The notes beneath the pieces were generated by a model. The model had not been told where the DNA came from, did not search any database, and saw only the letters and a list, made by a program, of their open reading frames with translations. The position numbers and the translations under genes were made by a program. A stretch of 64,000 nucleotides of DNA from Takakia lepidozioides (lineage: Eukaryota; Plantae; Bryophyta): positions 68,262,001-68,326,000 of the forward strand of contig CM060732.1 in NCBI GenBank assembly GCA_030704615.1, read 5' to 3'. Of the stretch, positions 46,501 to 58,900 are shown in pieces (the stretch's first letter is position 1; the number at the start of each line of letters is the position of its first letter).

Positions 46501-47876
46501 GTTTGGTAACTTCAACCGTGACTTGCAACAACGTGTTTCTTGCTTCCCGCGCTGGGCTCACTGGGATGCTGCAGGTGTGACTAGCTTTATGCATATCTGG
46601 GGAAATGGTGCCTTGTTGCCCATGATAGCTACCCAGCCAATTTCGCGGCACAGAGCCTTAGCTGGGTGGCAGGCTATGTCAGAAAATCTCCCCGACACCT
46701 GGATTTCTCTTACTTCCTCCCCTGTCAATAAGAGACCTCTACGTGCCTGGCTGGGTTTTAATTCTGCGACCTACAAGGTGGCTTTTTGGGCCATGCATCA
46801 CCAGTGATCCTTTCTGGAAAGATGGCAATTTCAATGTTCTCCCTCGGGCCTCCTTCACTCCCCCATTATGGCCTCCATGCAGGAACTTGACATCCTGTTT
46901 GCGATTCAAGTTATTTGTAAGACATCTGGATCTGCCAACCCTTCGCTGCTTGATGGGGGACACACCAACCCGCACCTGCTCTGGTTCCTCTCTGCACCTT
47001 TGTCATCCGTCGCATTTATGTGACATCCGATTAGTGACGCCCCGGGGATGGACATGCCACGCCCGGGCGTGGCAAAAGGGCACCTGCACCCCTGCCTCAA
47101 AAGCGGCGTTTAGTGACGTCGTGAGGTGGCTGCACCGTTTCTACAACGTCACTAACCCCCCCCCTTTTTTTCCTGTAGTGGGAATGAGTGACCAAAGAAT
47201 CGGACTCTAAAGTGCTATGGAAGGACGAGATCCCGTCAAGTTAGCAGCTCCATGCGCTCCCTGCGCATTGGCGAAGACTCTGATGTCAATTGGAAGCACC
47301 GTGGTTCTCAGAGGCAGACTAGATCTCCGGTGCAGCTTTCTTTTAACAGCTTAGAGGCTTAGTAGTGTAGATTGGCAAATCTACTCTTATTTAGCTTGTT
47401 GTTGGGGGTTGGCTTTGGTGCCTCCTTGGGCCACCCTGTGGGTAGTTCTTCTTTGGCTACCTTGTCACGATTTCTGGTTTGTTCTCCTTTTGTCGCAGCT
47501 CTGCTAGTAGACAACCATTTTGCAGCCGCTAGGTTCTCTTGTCTTGATCCATTCCATATGGCCTTCGGTGTTTGCCTCTATTCTTGAATAGGGTTATGGA
47601 GGTCTGCTGCCTTCTGGCTTTTACATTCTGAGTTTGTTGCAGCTTCATAGCTAGCAAGCTCGTCTGCTTGCTGCTAGATTGTTCAGTCTAGTTTCTTCCT
47701 AGTTTCAACCCCTTCCAGCCTTGGTTCTACAAGCACTGTCTTCCGTGGTTGGCCTCTATGGCACTCAGGCGAGGTTATTTTTTCCTCTTGTACCCGGGCC
47801 TAGCCGCGTTCTTTTTAATATGAGTTCAAGGGCCTCTATCCCCTTTTCTTAAATAAAATGATGATAATAATAATAG
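43540..47876 (+). mobile_element. Decayed L1-clade LINE, ORF2 (APE endonuclease + reverse transcriptase), 5'-truncated
   Basis: MNIRG, IIFLQEHK, INVYAPN, AGDMN, HFTWSN and LDRVY (APE); LIHKKG..NYRPITLLNSVYKILAK, LDFEKAFD, LYADDT and KVNWSKS (RT); many frameshifts and stops; ends in an A-rich (ATA)n tail. Confidence 0.93.
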
Positions 47877-48289
47877 GTTTCTTGGGGGTGGACCCAAAAT
47901 TGGGAAGGGATTTTAAACCAGGGTGATGGCGGAGCTGCGCCCAATGGTCACTTCGTCTCTCTCCCCTCGTCCTCCCCATATTCTTAGTTTGCAGAGCAGC
48001 AAGGTGATTTTACTTTTGGTATTCAGGTTCTCCTTGCTGTTAGCTCTTCATTCATATGACTTACAATTTGATTTACAGTATTATTCCCACAATCCAATCG
48101 CAAAACCCCCGCCGCATCCAACTCGTCCAACGCACCCTAAAATAGCTGCAGCACACTCATGTCATTTATAGGTACAAGCTGATCAAAGAGTACTCCACGA
48201 GGAAGCCTCCCATTTTGCGCAGTTTCCTACATACTTCAGTTCATATCCTAGGAACCTGTCTCCCAACGACGGCATTCATCATTAGCACG

Positions 48290-50182
48290 GTCGGCAGCGC
48301 TATCTAGTGGCCGTCTCTATTAATGACTTATCAACTCAAAGCGGCGAGCTCCACAGTCGAGGCGAACCCATGAAGAGGTTTAACAGTAGGAACTAATAAT
48401 CCATGTGCCCAGCAAACTCCCGCGCCCACAGCCAGCCAGCCCTTGAGCTCAACACCCACTCATTCCCAAGCCAAGCTAAAGTGCACTTGCTTCCATCGTT
48501 GGGCTACTCTCAGTAACTGAAAGGTGCAGACAATTCAACGGCAAACTATGTCTCCGCCAAGGAACATGCAATTCAGCTCGAGAGGCCAGAGCTCAGCTCG
48601 AGGCAGGGGATATCGAACAGGGCCCACCAGTTCTCACTTCTGGCCAAGGGCCCGCCCAATTTCCGATACATGATACTTTCTTGCACACCAAACTCAATCC
48701 ATCGGTGGGGTAGGAGAGAGAAGGTGGCACTTGAATACAAGGGAGACCACGAATCCTCATCCGCCCACAGTCGCACATACGATGCAGGGCCCACCACCAG
48801 CTTGCACAAGAACCTCAGCCGATGTTCACACCTGCAAGACAACAGATGGAGGCAGGTCAGGTTCAAAATCAGATGGAAGACGACTTGGTGGGGGAAGACC
48901 TCATTACCACGCAGAAAGCCCTCAGTGGGGACCACCAGATTGGTGGACATGCCAGACCTCAAAAGCAGTGTATCCTGCATGGAAGACAGCGGAATCCTCG
49001 TCCACTTCCCTGGTAAGAAAGTGGGTAGATCATTTGTGAGGGACTGGGCAATCAAGCACTTGGGAGGGGGGGGTGAGCTCTTGCGTCATTTCTGCCACGC
49101 CAAAGGTAGAGGCTTCTTTTCCATGCAATTTGAGTCCCAAGAGGCAGCGGCAAAAGCCCTCCAGATCAACCCACACTTGCTGGGGTTTAACATAAATATC
49201 TTTCCATGGTCAGCAAAGATGGGACACAAAAACGGGAAGTTGTGGGGTCCAAGAATAGTATCACTTCACTCCCAGGCATCCCAGAAAGGATCCAAAGTGG
49301 TTGGCAATGTCATGATCCACTCATGTGCATTGACAACATTAGAAAATACCCGGCATGGAAACATGCCACAATAGCATCAAGGCTAAATGACAATGGATTC
49401 ACAAAATTGGTGCTTATGATGCCAAAGGAGGACACACTCCCGGACTATGTAAGGCTCCCCATCGATGAGGAAGGTAACTACTTTACAATCAGACTGCTGG
49501 AGGAGAAGACCTTGGCAACGTGCTTCAACTGTGGAAAAACAGGCCATATCAAAGCTGACTGTCCCTCGGGGAAAAGGAAATGATCCCCAGGATTAGGAGG
49601 TAAGTCAGGCCCACTGCCACCAGTCAACCAACAATGGAGGAAAAAAGACGCCCTCCCCCAAGCTGGGCAAAAGGAGGCACACGGAAAGATAGCCCAAAAC
49701 ACAGACCTGCTGCAGATCAGTCCAACGCCAAGGGAACCAAAGACACATGGACAGCACTCAGATCCCATGTATCTCGAAGTAGGGAAGATGCTCCCACCAG
49801 CACACAAAGGGAAAGGAAAATGCAGTGAGCAAGGGATGGAAATGCAACCCAAATCCCAGAGGGCTGGCCTAAAACCGGAATTGGATCCAAGTGGCATTTA
49901 CAAAAGCATGCAGTCAGGCATAGCCAACAACCCCATCCTGGCCAGATGTGCCTCACAAGACTCAACACATACCCCAAACTGATCCTAGGTGGATGTTCAT
50001 AGTTGGACTCGGACGATATTCCCAGGGCATCATGTGTCACTCCTTTGATCTTCAGGAAAGGTAAGCCTCCGTCCATTCTTATCTCCTCTGGAAACATAGA
50101 ATGTCTGGAATCACTATGGAAAACAACAGTGGATGTGAAGGCCTTCATAGCGACATGCCCACCAAACAGTGACCCACACCTA
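48290..50182 (+). mobile_element. Decayed L1-clade LINE 5' part (ORF1: DUF4283/RRM-like domain + CCHC knuckle), cut off at ~50183
   Basis: GRGFFSMQFESQEAAAKAL..INIFPWS, followed after a frameshift by CFNCGKTGHIKADCP; no ORF2 follows. Confidence 0.75.
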
Positions 50183-51790
50183 TGATAAAGGAAAAAATAT
50201 TGGAGTTTGTCATGGTTTTAGTCATGGTTATCTAGAATTTACCTACTTCTAGTTAACTAGGACATTTTAGATATTTATATTTATATTTTGTGTGTTGGGA
50301 CTTCATTTGGTCTCACATGCCAAGTGAGGTGTCGAGCCTCACTTGAGACATGGAGATAGGTATTCCCCTTGTGAGTGTTGAGGAGTCTCATCTTCTTGTA
50401 GTTGAGCCGCCTCTCCCACCTCCATAGCTCTAAGTATTGAGAGGGAGTGTGGTGAGGGCTTTGTAGGGTGGATTCCTTTAGCAAAGGTGCCCTTGGCTTG
50501 ACTTAGTTTATGTGATTGAGTGGATTCATGAGTGGAGTGTTTCCATTGTGTGTTCACTTCCATTATCACTACAAGAAGATCACCTTATGCTTGTGAGTGC
50601 GGAGTGTAAGGATTAGTTTTAGCACTTGTGTTGGTGTACACCAAGGAATGAGAGAGCTAGGAAAGCTCAAGTATCTCACAAGGCTTGCAAGGTGTTGCAA
50701 GGAGGAGTGTTTTTGCATTGCATCAAAGAGGTGGAGAGCTCAAGGAGAGAGCTCTTGAGTTACAAGACTTTGTAGAGGTGGAGAGCTTAAGGAGAGAGCT
50801 CTTGTATCACAAAGCTTGCATGGTTTTGCAAGGTAAGTGCTTGTATGTGCACTAAGGGTTTGAGAGCTTGGAAAAGAGCTCTTGCATCACAAGAGAAGCG
50901 TCTTGTGTGTGGAGAAGATAAACACTAGGGTTTCAAGAGCAAGCTCTAGTACTTGTTCATGGTGTGAAAGAGAAAACACCATAGAAGGAGTACAACAAGG
51001 GTAGCTTGAGGAGCATTGAGTAGCTCAAGAGAAGCTAAGAAGTGGTTGTTCTATCCATGGTGAAATGAAGCCAAGTGGGGTTTCATTTGGTTGACAAACA
51101 AGCAAGCGAAGGCGGCGCTAGAAGGGAGTGCTTTTGCTAGTTCTATGAGTTCTTGGATTGCTCTTGGTGAAGCAAGTGATTGACCAAGCAAGTGGCGCAT
51201 GTGTGGAGCATGTTTTCCAAGTGTGCCTTCCAATTCAAGCTTGAGGAGAGCTAGAAGGTGAAGTGAGCAAGTTCATTCCTTGTGTATGAGGTGGTGCATG
51301 TTGTGGAAGAAAAGCCAAGGAGCTACATAGGCTAGGGCTTGAAGACAACAAAAACAACCACTTGGAGAGCATCAAGAAGCTCAAGATGACTCCAAAGGGA
51401 AGCATGTGGGTGAGAATTCTATCCATGATGATGTGAAACCAAGCCTAGAGTATTGAAGAGCTAGGAGCACATGTGGGAGATCATTGGAGGTGGTCTTCAT
51501 GAAGAAAGGAGATTGTAGCTCACGGCATGCATATCAACTTCAACCATATATTAGCATGTGACAAGACAAGGAAGGGGAAGGTGAAGCTCATGTATTCATT
51601 CCCTTTTTGCTTAAGTTTTGTGGTGGATGGTTGATCAAGCAAGTGATGCTTATGTGGAGCATGCTCTTTAGGGCTTGTGACTTCAAGTTTGAGAAGATGA
51701 GCTCTTGAATAGAGGTGTGGATACACATTATGATGAATGAAGAAGGTGTTTCTTACTATACTCTACAAACCCTAGTCTCCATACTCTCAA
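50183..51790. mobile_element. LTR-like or retroelement non-coding sequence, unclassified
   Basis: Abrupt compositional change starting TGATAAAGG; strongly CpG-depleted; internal direct repeats (gtggagagct.aaggagagagctcttg x2; ttga.caagcaagtg..gc.t.tgtggagcatg x2); no credible ORF. Confidence 0.45.
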
Positions 51791-51796
51791 GAAACT

Positions 51797-51970
51797 GTGT
51801 ATGGGCTCCCTCTGCCCATCATACACTTTTGTGACCAGTGTATGGAACCCCTCTGCCCAACATACACTTTTGCGAACAGAGTATGGGCCCCCTCTGCCCA
51901 ACATACGTTTTTGTGACCAAAGTATGGGCTCTCTATGCCCCACCATACTCTTTTATGAACAATGTATGGA
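51797..51970. repeat. 41-bp minisatellite, ~4 copies
   Basis: Unit gtatgggc.ccctctgcccaacatacacttttgtgacca; each unit contains the inverted pair gtatg/catac. Confidence 0.9.
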
Positions 51971-52039
51971 TACAAGTGGAGAGACTTTGCCTACCATACG
52001 TTTTCATTAAAAGAGTATGACATCTAGGGTGTATCTGGA

Positions 52040-54383
52040 GGAGTATTGCCTTTGGAGGATCTTTGGGGGGTCCTTTGAGGAGCTTTTGTAAGACACTGGA
52101 AGAGCTCTTGAAGGGGTGTTTGGAGGACTGTTTGGAGGACTATTGGAGGTCTTTGAAGATCAATATTAGGCAAACATTTGGAGCCTTTGGAGGGCTATTT
52201 GGAGGACTATTTTGGGGTCCTTGGAGGCTAATATTTGGCGAGAGCCTTAGTGAGATTATTTGAGAGACCTTGAAAGGTAGTTCTGTTTGTTGGTCATGAG
52301 CAAGGGCGTTTAGAGATAGGGGGAGACTAGTGGGATGAGAGCATTCTGGGATTAGGAATTGCTTTAGTTTCTCTTCCCCGTAGTCTTCCACCCTCTATAT
52401 AGGCCAAAATCTTTCCGTAGGTGGAGGCAAGAGTCAGTTCGGGTTTGGGCTGGGGTGTCCTTGCAAGAGCGACACTATGGAGTGTTATTTTTGGTGTGGG
52501 GGAGTTACTGTCTTGATTTTCTTGTGTTTGGATCCCCCCCACACCTGCATGCTTGACTGTGCGCCATGTCAGTTTTGTGTGGGCGCTTGTTTTCATAGGA
52601 GGTTGGTCCGGATTTGATCACCGGCCAATCCTAGAGCATGCTGTCGGTGGTGAGGCTGGGGTGATCACCAGTCAAACCATCATTGTTTCTCTTATGGTGA
52701 GGCTGGGTTGATGATCAGCAGACCATATGAGTGCTTACAGTGGATGCAGGTGCAGGTTTATGTTACGAACCTAGTAGTCTAAGCCATAAGCTGCAACAGG
52801 TTCTCTACCCGGTTACCTTGTGGAAAGGGGGATTAGAGACAGGTTTACAACAGGTGTGGTTATGAGTTTTCATCACGGAGGTGCCACCAGCTGCTGAGGG
52901 GAGTGTCGGTACGAGCACCAGCGATACTAGTGGGTACACAAGATGAGGTGTGCGGTTTAGGCCACTTTCACCTTCAGTGTCTTCTGAGGAAGGTTCAGAC
53001 TCGGAGTCAGGAGGATTCTCGCCGAGGGTGCAAGTCATTTCCGTGCCATTGTTGTGGGACACGATGGATGACATGTATGGAGCTACCAAGGGGCCACGTA
53101 GGTACTGTGGAGCTGTGGGCACCATCGAGCTTGATGACTTTATACAAGAGTTTGATAGTTGGTGTGATTTGCAGCAAATGCGCAATCCACAACTGTTTAC
53201 GCCCTTTATGGCATGGAAGGGGCTATTCCAGCATCTTGAGAGGCCGCCCATGGATGATTACCATGAATTTAGGCGGGGACATGCGGTGGAGATTGAGGAG
53301 TGGCGAGAGTATTGGTCACCTAACTATGTCTCAATCACTAGAGGCACAAGGGCAGCGGTGACACCAGCAGCTACACAAACATCTCCAACTACAAGCACTA
53401 GTAGTGGAACAAGTTGTGCCGGTACTTCTGTAGGTGGTACCAGTTCAAAAGGTGCTACTCCTCCTCCTGCCACGACTACAACACATGTGCCTAGATTCAA
53501 CCCGGTGGTGGAGTTCTTCCGGAGTTGCGGATGAACTACCAAGGTGTACGGACACAGAAGCTGTGAAGTTTGCAAGACTTCCAGCGCAAATCCAGTGAGA
53601 GCTTGCGAGATGCCTACACTCGTATGAGGCGCTTGATAAGTGTGACCCAAGGGGTTACTGAAGCTCAGGCAGTCCAGTTCTGGTATGGAATTTTGGACAA
53701 GGAGCTCAGGAGAAGGGTGCGGGATACAACCCTGTTACAAGCGGCCCAACCCACATTAGCGGATGTGTTTCTGCTGGCTGAGCAGATTGAGCTCAACATG
53801 GTGGAGGAGCGAGTTGTTACCATTGGATTTGGCAAGGACATGCCTGCACGAGGCGCAGCTGCCAGCCAACAGGTACAAGGGACTGCCCAACAGCGTGATC
53901 AGGGGGGCAAGGTTGCCCAACCCAAATTCCATGGAGCTTACAGGGGACTTCAGGTGCAGAGGCCAGTAGCTTCTTTTGCAGGCCAAAAGCAACCAGGGGT
54001 GGTATGTTGGACATGTGGAGGACTCCATGTCACAAAAGATTGCCCAGAAAGTGGCAAAGGGCCGACACAAGCACAGCCTGCACAGTTGCAGTTTGGGCAT
54101 TGTGGCAAGTATGGACATGGAGATGCCCAGTGTTATGACTTGCACCCTGAGTTGCGGCGATGCCAGTTCCAAGGGAACAATGGTGGCCGAGGGCGAGGTG
54201 GAGCACCTCAGAGAGGACGAGGTGCTCAGGCATGAGGTGCAGGACGAGGGCAAGCACAGTATGGCCAAGGACGTGGAGGTCAGGGCGTTGACCAAGGTAT
54301 GGCCAACCAGCTTCAGCAGCTAGAACAAAGGCTCACTGCCATGGCCACAACTCAGGTGGTACCAGCTCCAAGACCTGAGGGTC
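52040..54383 (+). mobile_element. LTR retrotransposon remnant A: probable LTR ending ~52851, then frameshifted gag (52950-54383), interrupted by element B
   Basis: TATA-like ctatata at ~52395; ...acaaca followed by PBS-like tggttatgag; gag ELDDFIQEFDSWCD..., QDFQRKSSESLRDAYTRMRRLI, QFWYGILDKELRRRV; knuckles CWTCGGLHVTKDC and a degenerate GHCGKYGHGDAQC. The left boundary is uncertain. Confidence 0.75.
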
Positions 54384-55348
54384 TGTTAGAGGACTGTCTG
54401 GGACTTAGACACTTATACGGGATCTGTGGGGTACCCTTAATTTTTGCACAGACTGAGACCAACAGGAGCCTTAGGGGTGACAGCAGCACACTTTAGAGGG
54501 GGGTTACACAGCCGTCACAGCCCGACACAGCCCGACACAGCCACATAGCCAGTCACAGTCCGACACAGCCCGACACAGCTACACAGCCAGTCACAGCCCG
54601 ACACAGCCCGACACAGCCCAACACAGTCGCACAGCCAGTCACAGCCCGTCACAGTTTCACACAGCCAGTCACAGCTTGACACAGCTGTCACGACCATAGG
54701 GAACGGATAGCAGGACAGGGAACGACTGAGGGGAATAACATCTACGAATGGAACATGTAGTTCAAGGGTGACGGTTAGTGAGAGAAACGGTTAGAACAAC
54801 GGGTAGGAAAATAAAGCGAGGAGCGAGGACAGGAGGGAGCACTTCTGGACATGACTTGGGGGCGATGGGACTTCGGGGAGCACTGGGGGGAAATGAGGCG
54901 GAGAGCGTATCTCTGAGTAGAAAGAGGGAGAGCACGGAATAGGAGGAGTATGATCTGTGATGCTTAATGGAAGCAAGCAGTAGAATTATAATGTAGAGCA
55001 GATTAGAGACTCCAGGGCTTCAGCCTGATACTTGATAGATATTAATCTGATACACACTTCATACTTACACTGTGTAGAGAGATCTGAGTGAAGCTGTGGA
55101 ATGAATGGATGAGTTGATGGAATCCGATAGATTGAAGAAGCAAACTGATACTTAATTATCAATACTAAGGTAGCTAGCTAATATGAATGCGGGAAGGAAA
55201 ACAAATAGGAAACAACCCCATGATACACTAGCTGTAGGTCATGACTGATTGTTCTGAGCGGGCTGAGTACTTAGTGATTTCCAACTCTTCTATCTTGGAG
55301 TTTCCGCCTCGGATAGCAAATGGATGGGTGAGTAGAAGCCGCGCGACA
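54384..55348 (+). mobile_element. 5' LTR (~965 bp) of Ty3/gypsy element B
   Basis: Starts TGTTAG exactly where the gag A frame loses coding character; ends ...GCGACA, 2 nt before a PBS. Confidence 0.8.
54506..54692. repeat. 10-bp-unit tandem array (acacagcccg / acagccagtc) inside the LTR
   Basis: Run of about 18 degenerate ACAGCC-containing units. Confidence 0.92.
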
Positions 55349-55350
55349 TT

Positions 55351-55368
55351 TGGCGACCATACTGGGGA
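55351..55368 (+). promoter_or_regulatory. Primer-binding site, tRNA-Arg-like (TGGCGAC...GGGGA)
   Basis: tggcgaccatactgggga directly after the LTR-terminal CA + tt; resembles the PBS type of plant non-chromoviruses. Confidence 0.75.
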
Positions 55369-55936
55369 TCTGGGTCAGGAACAACCAGATGTGACAGGCA
55401 TCTGGTGGGATCATGGTGGTTGGAAAATTAAAGAATTTGATGTGAATCAAATTCCTTGTGAAACTGAGAAGGAAAGATTGTCCAAACGATTCTTCTAGAG
55501 GTTTTTGGAATTGCCAGATGGTTGTAAAGAAAACATTCTTAAGAGAGTGCATGATGCTGACCCTGAATGGGGTCTGGAGAAAGGAGTGATAAAGATTTAT
55601 CAGGTGGCTTGTAGAGGAAGAGCATGTTGGTTACCAACATTGGTTTATGTGATAGCATTGCTATCCATTAAGCGAGTAGAGTTTGAAGGCTGGGAGGAAA
55701 GAAAGGTGAATGTTTATACTCATATGCATGAAGAGCTTGTACTGGTAAAGAATTGGATTCCAAAGGATATTTTGTGGATCAAACTCACACCAAGAACAGC
55801 TTTTCAGACTTGTTTGCCATATGGTTATATGGTAACGGAGACTTCAAGTATAACCAAGGGTGCATTGAAGCTTGAAAGAAACCCAGGCATATACGAGAGA
55901 TATTACAGAAGAGAGTTTTGGTTATTGCCACATTAA
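55352..55936 (+). pseudogene. Extra 5' ORF of element B (~190 codons, one in-frame TAG at 55496), unknown function
   Basis: Track ORFs 55241-55498 and 55505-55936 share one frame, different from the gag-pol frame; W/Y/C-rich, globular-looking sequence. Confidence 0.55.
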
Positions 55937-55958
55937 AAAGAAATGAAAGACATGGGAC

Positions 55959-58900
55959 ATGAGTGATGAAAGAGAAGATAGACGCCAGAGATATTCAGTA
56001 AAAAGAGAAAGCTATCTGAAAGCTAATTATCCATATCTTTGGGAGAGAGGAATAGACATAGGGGAATCATCTGGACCTCTCACACCATTAAGATTAAATA
56101 GTACATCACCCATACCGGAAGAACTAGAGTTGGATGCCACTCCTTCTGTTTCTTTGCAAGAAAGATTAAGGGAATTGGTACGGGAAGAAGATCAATCACG
56201 AGGTGAAAGATCTGAGGTACATCCCTGGATAAAAGATTTGACATAAATCTTTGATAAGAGTTGGCATGGAACACCAAAAGCAGGAACTCCAGTTTCTGAA
56301 GCGGAAGGTGAAGAAGGAGGAGAGGATGTGGCAGAGCCAACGGAGAGTTCAGACTCTCCAACACCATTGCAGTTGAGTTACATGAGTGAAGAAGAAACCC
56401 AAGGACAGAACTTGGAGGATGAAAACAGGGAGAAGAAATTGGAAGAGGAAGAGTATGAAGAAGTAGACCCAACAGCTGAGGTTGAGACTACAACCAGGAC
56501 ATCCCAACCCGTTGGACCTGGATCAAGTGGAGCACTTGGATCACAGGCCAACGAAGGTGTCGGCTTAGGGGGATCAGGCGGGCGGCCTGGATCTGGCTAT
56601 GGGGGGACAGGGAGTGTGGGAAGTAGTGCAACTGAAGCTGGGAATACTGTGAATATTGTGGGGCCAGTAGCAGGGAGTGCTCAAGGGCCACCACTTGGTG
56701 GAAGATCCACCACAAAAACAACAGGTCTAGAAGGACCAGCACCAGCAAGGGTGCCAGCACCTGTCAGTGGGCAGAAGGTAGGGCCATAGATGACGTTACA
56801 ACCAACACGGGCAAAATATTCAGGAAAAGGGGATCCCGATGTACACATTAGCCAATTTGAGCACATGTGTATAGTGAACAATGAGAATGGCGATGATGCC
56901 AAGATGAGATTGTTTCCTTGTTCACTTATCAAGAAAGCAAGTGAATGGTATGCAAGATTCCCTGATAATCATTTCCTAACTTGGAATGGCTTGAATACAG
57001 CATTTCGAAATAGGTTCAGGACAAGTAAAACTGAGGATGAAGTGTATGGAAGTTTACAACAGTTAAAGCAAAATAAGCATGAAACTGTTGAGGAGTATAT
57101 GGAAAAGATGGAATTGATGATGAAAAAGCTGGCTGCAGTACCAGCACCAGGTTTACAGAAGACTTGGTTTGTGAGTGGACTAAGACCAGAGTTGCAAAAG
57201 AAAGTGGATATGTTACCCCACAATACAGTGGAGGAGGCATTTGAAACTGCAAACAGAATCGAGCAATTGGGAATGCTCAGGAGAGAGAAAAGGGATGATG
57301 AGGACTCTGAGGATGAGTCAGATGAAGAAGAAGAGCAAGAACTAAAAAGGAAGAGTAAGAGAAAGGAGAAGTTGAAGAGGGATAACTATGAGAAAAGATT
57401 GGAAGAAATCTTGAAGAAGTATGCCATAGAGGCTGCAACACATTGGAGGAAGGGTGTATGGTGTGCAAAGTGCCAGAATGAAGGCCATACCACCACTGAA
57501 TGCCACATGAAGGAGAAACATTGTACTATCTGTAAAATGGATAACCATTCTACTGAGAATTGTTACTACAACAGAAGGACAGCTGCAAGAGAACCTAGGC
57601 AAGTAAGGGTGCATCAGGTGCAGCCCCAGCCAAGAAGAAACAATGATCAGGACCACTATGGTAGGTCTGGTGGTTATAACAATGGCATGGAAGGGAGAGG
57701 TAATTCAAGAGGGAATTACCAAGGAAATTCCAGAGGCAACTATCAGGGTAATCCAAGGGGGAATTACCAGCCCGGGAATCAGGATTACAGAAATAATCCA
57801 AGAGCAGACCAAGGGCGAGGACCCAATGGTGAAGAACTATGTTACTATTGTAATCAGCCAGGACATCGCAAGGCAGCCTGTTCATTCTGGATTAGACACC
57901 AGAATGAGATGAGAGCTCCTGTGAATGAGGGCCCAGTGGTGGCAGCTCACAAGGTTAGGCCATGTGTTGTACCAGAAGTAAGTACAATGATAGTAACCAG
58001 AAGCAAAACCAAAATAATACCTCCAGTAGTTGAGGAAGATGATGATAATGAAGGTGGCAGTGATATGCCTGAAGATCAAGAGACTTGGAAAGATGAGAAG
58101 GAACTGCACAAGGAAGTGGCAGATACCATAAGGGAAATGCAGAAGAGTACTGATATTCCTGTGGCAGATTCCTCTGATTCTGATGGAGAAGAAGAAGTGA
58201 GTGAGGATGAAAGGAAGAAAGAAGATGCAGACATGCAAAGTAATGAAGAGACTTTGGCTGAAGTAATATGCCAGACCAAAGCAGAGATTACCATTGGACA
58301 GCTATTGGCTGTGGCACCTTATTGTAGGCACAGGCTGTATCAAGCAATCAATCGAATTGCCCAGGAGACAGGAAACACAGACCTTAACAGCAAGGTGACC
58401 AGTTATAATGTGAAGCCGGAAGGGCGAGAAACAGTCATGGACTTTGATGATTCTATGCCAGTAATCCAATTGAGAATTGGAAGCACAGAACTAACTGATG
58501 TATTGATAGATGGAGGTTCTGGAGTAAATATCATGACAGACCAATTAAGAAAGAAGCTTGGTCTAAGTAACATGAAACCAGCCCCATTTACAGTAACAAT
58601 GGCAGATCAAAGAAGTGTACAGCCATTGGGATTAATAAGAGGAGTTAAGATACAGATACAGAAGATGATCTTTATGATCACAGTAACTGTGTTGAAGATG
58701 GATGAAGTCATGGAGGCTTACTCCTTATTATTGGGACGTCCGTGGCTGAAACAGGCCAGGGTATTCCATGACTGGAATTCTCAGTTACTAACCGTGCATA
58801 ATGGGATACACGAGATACAAATTACCACAAAGAAATCTAGTAGATTACCTGCTATGAGAAGACCTCGAGGAGTCAGAGAGTATGACTGGAAATGAGGACT

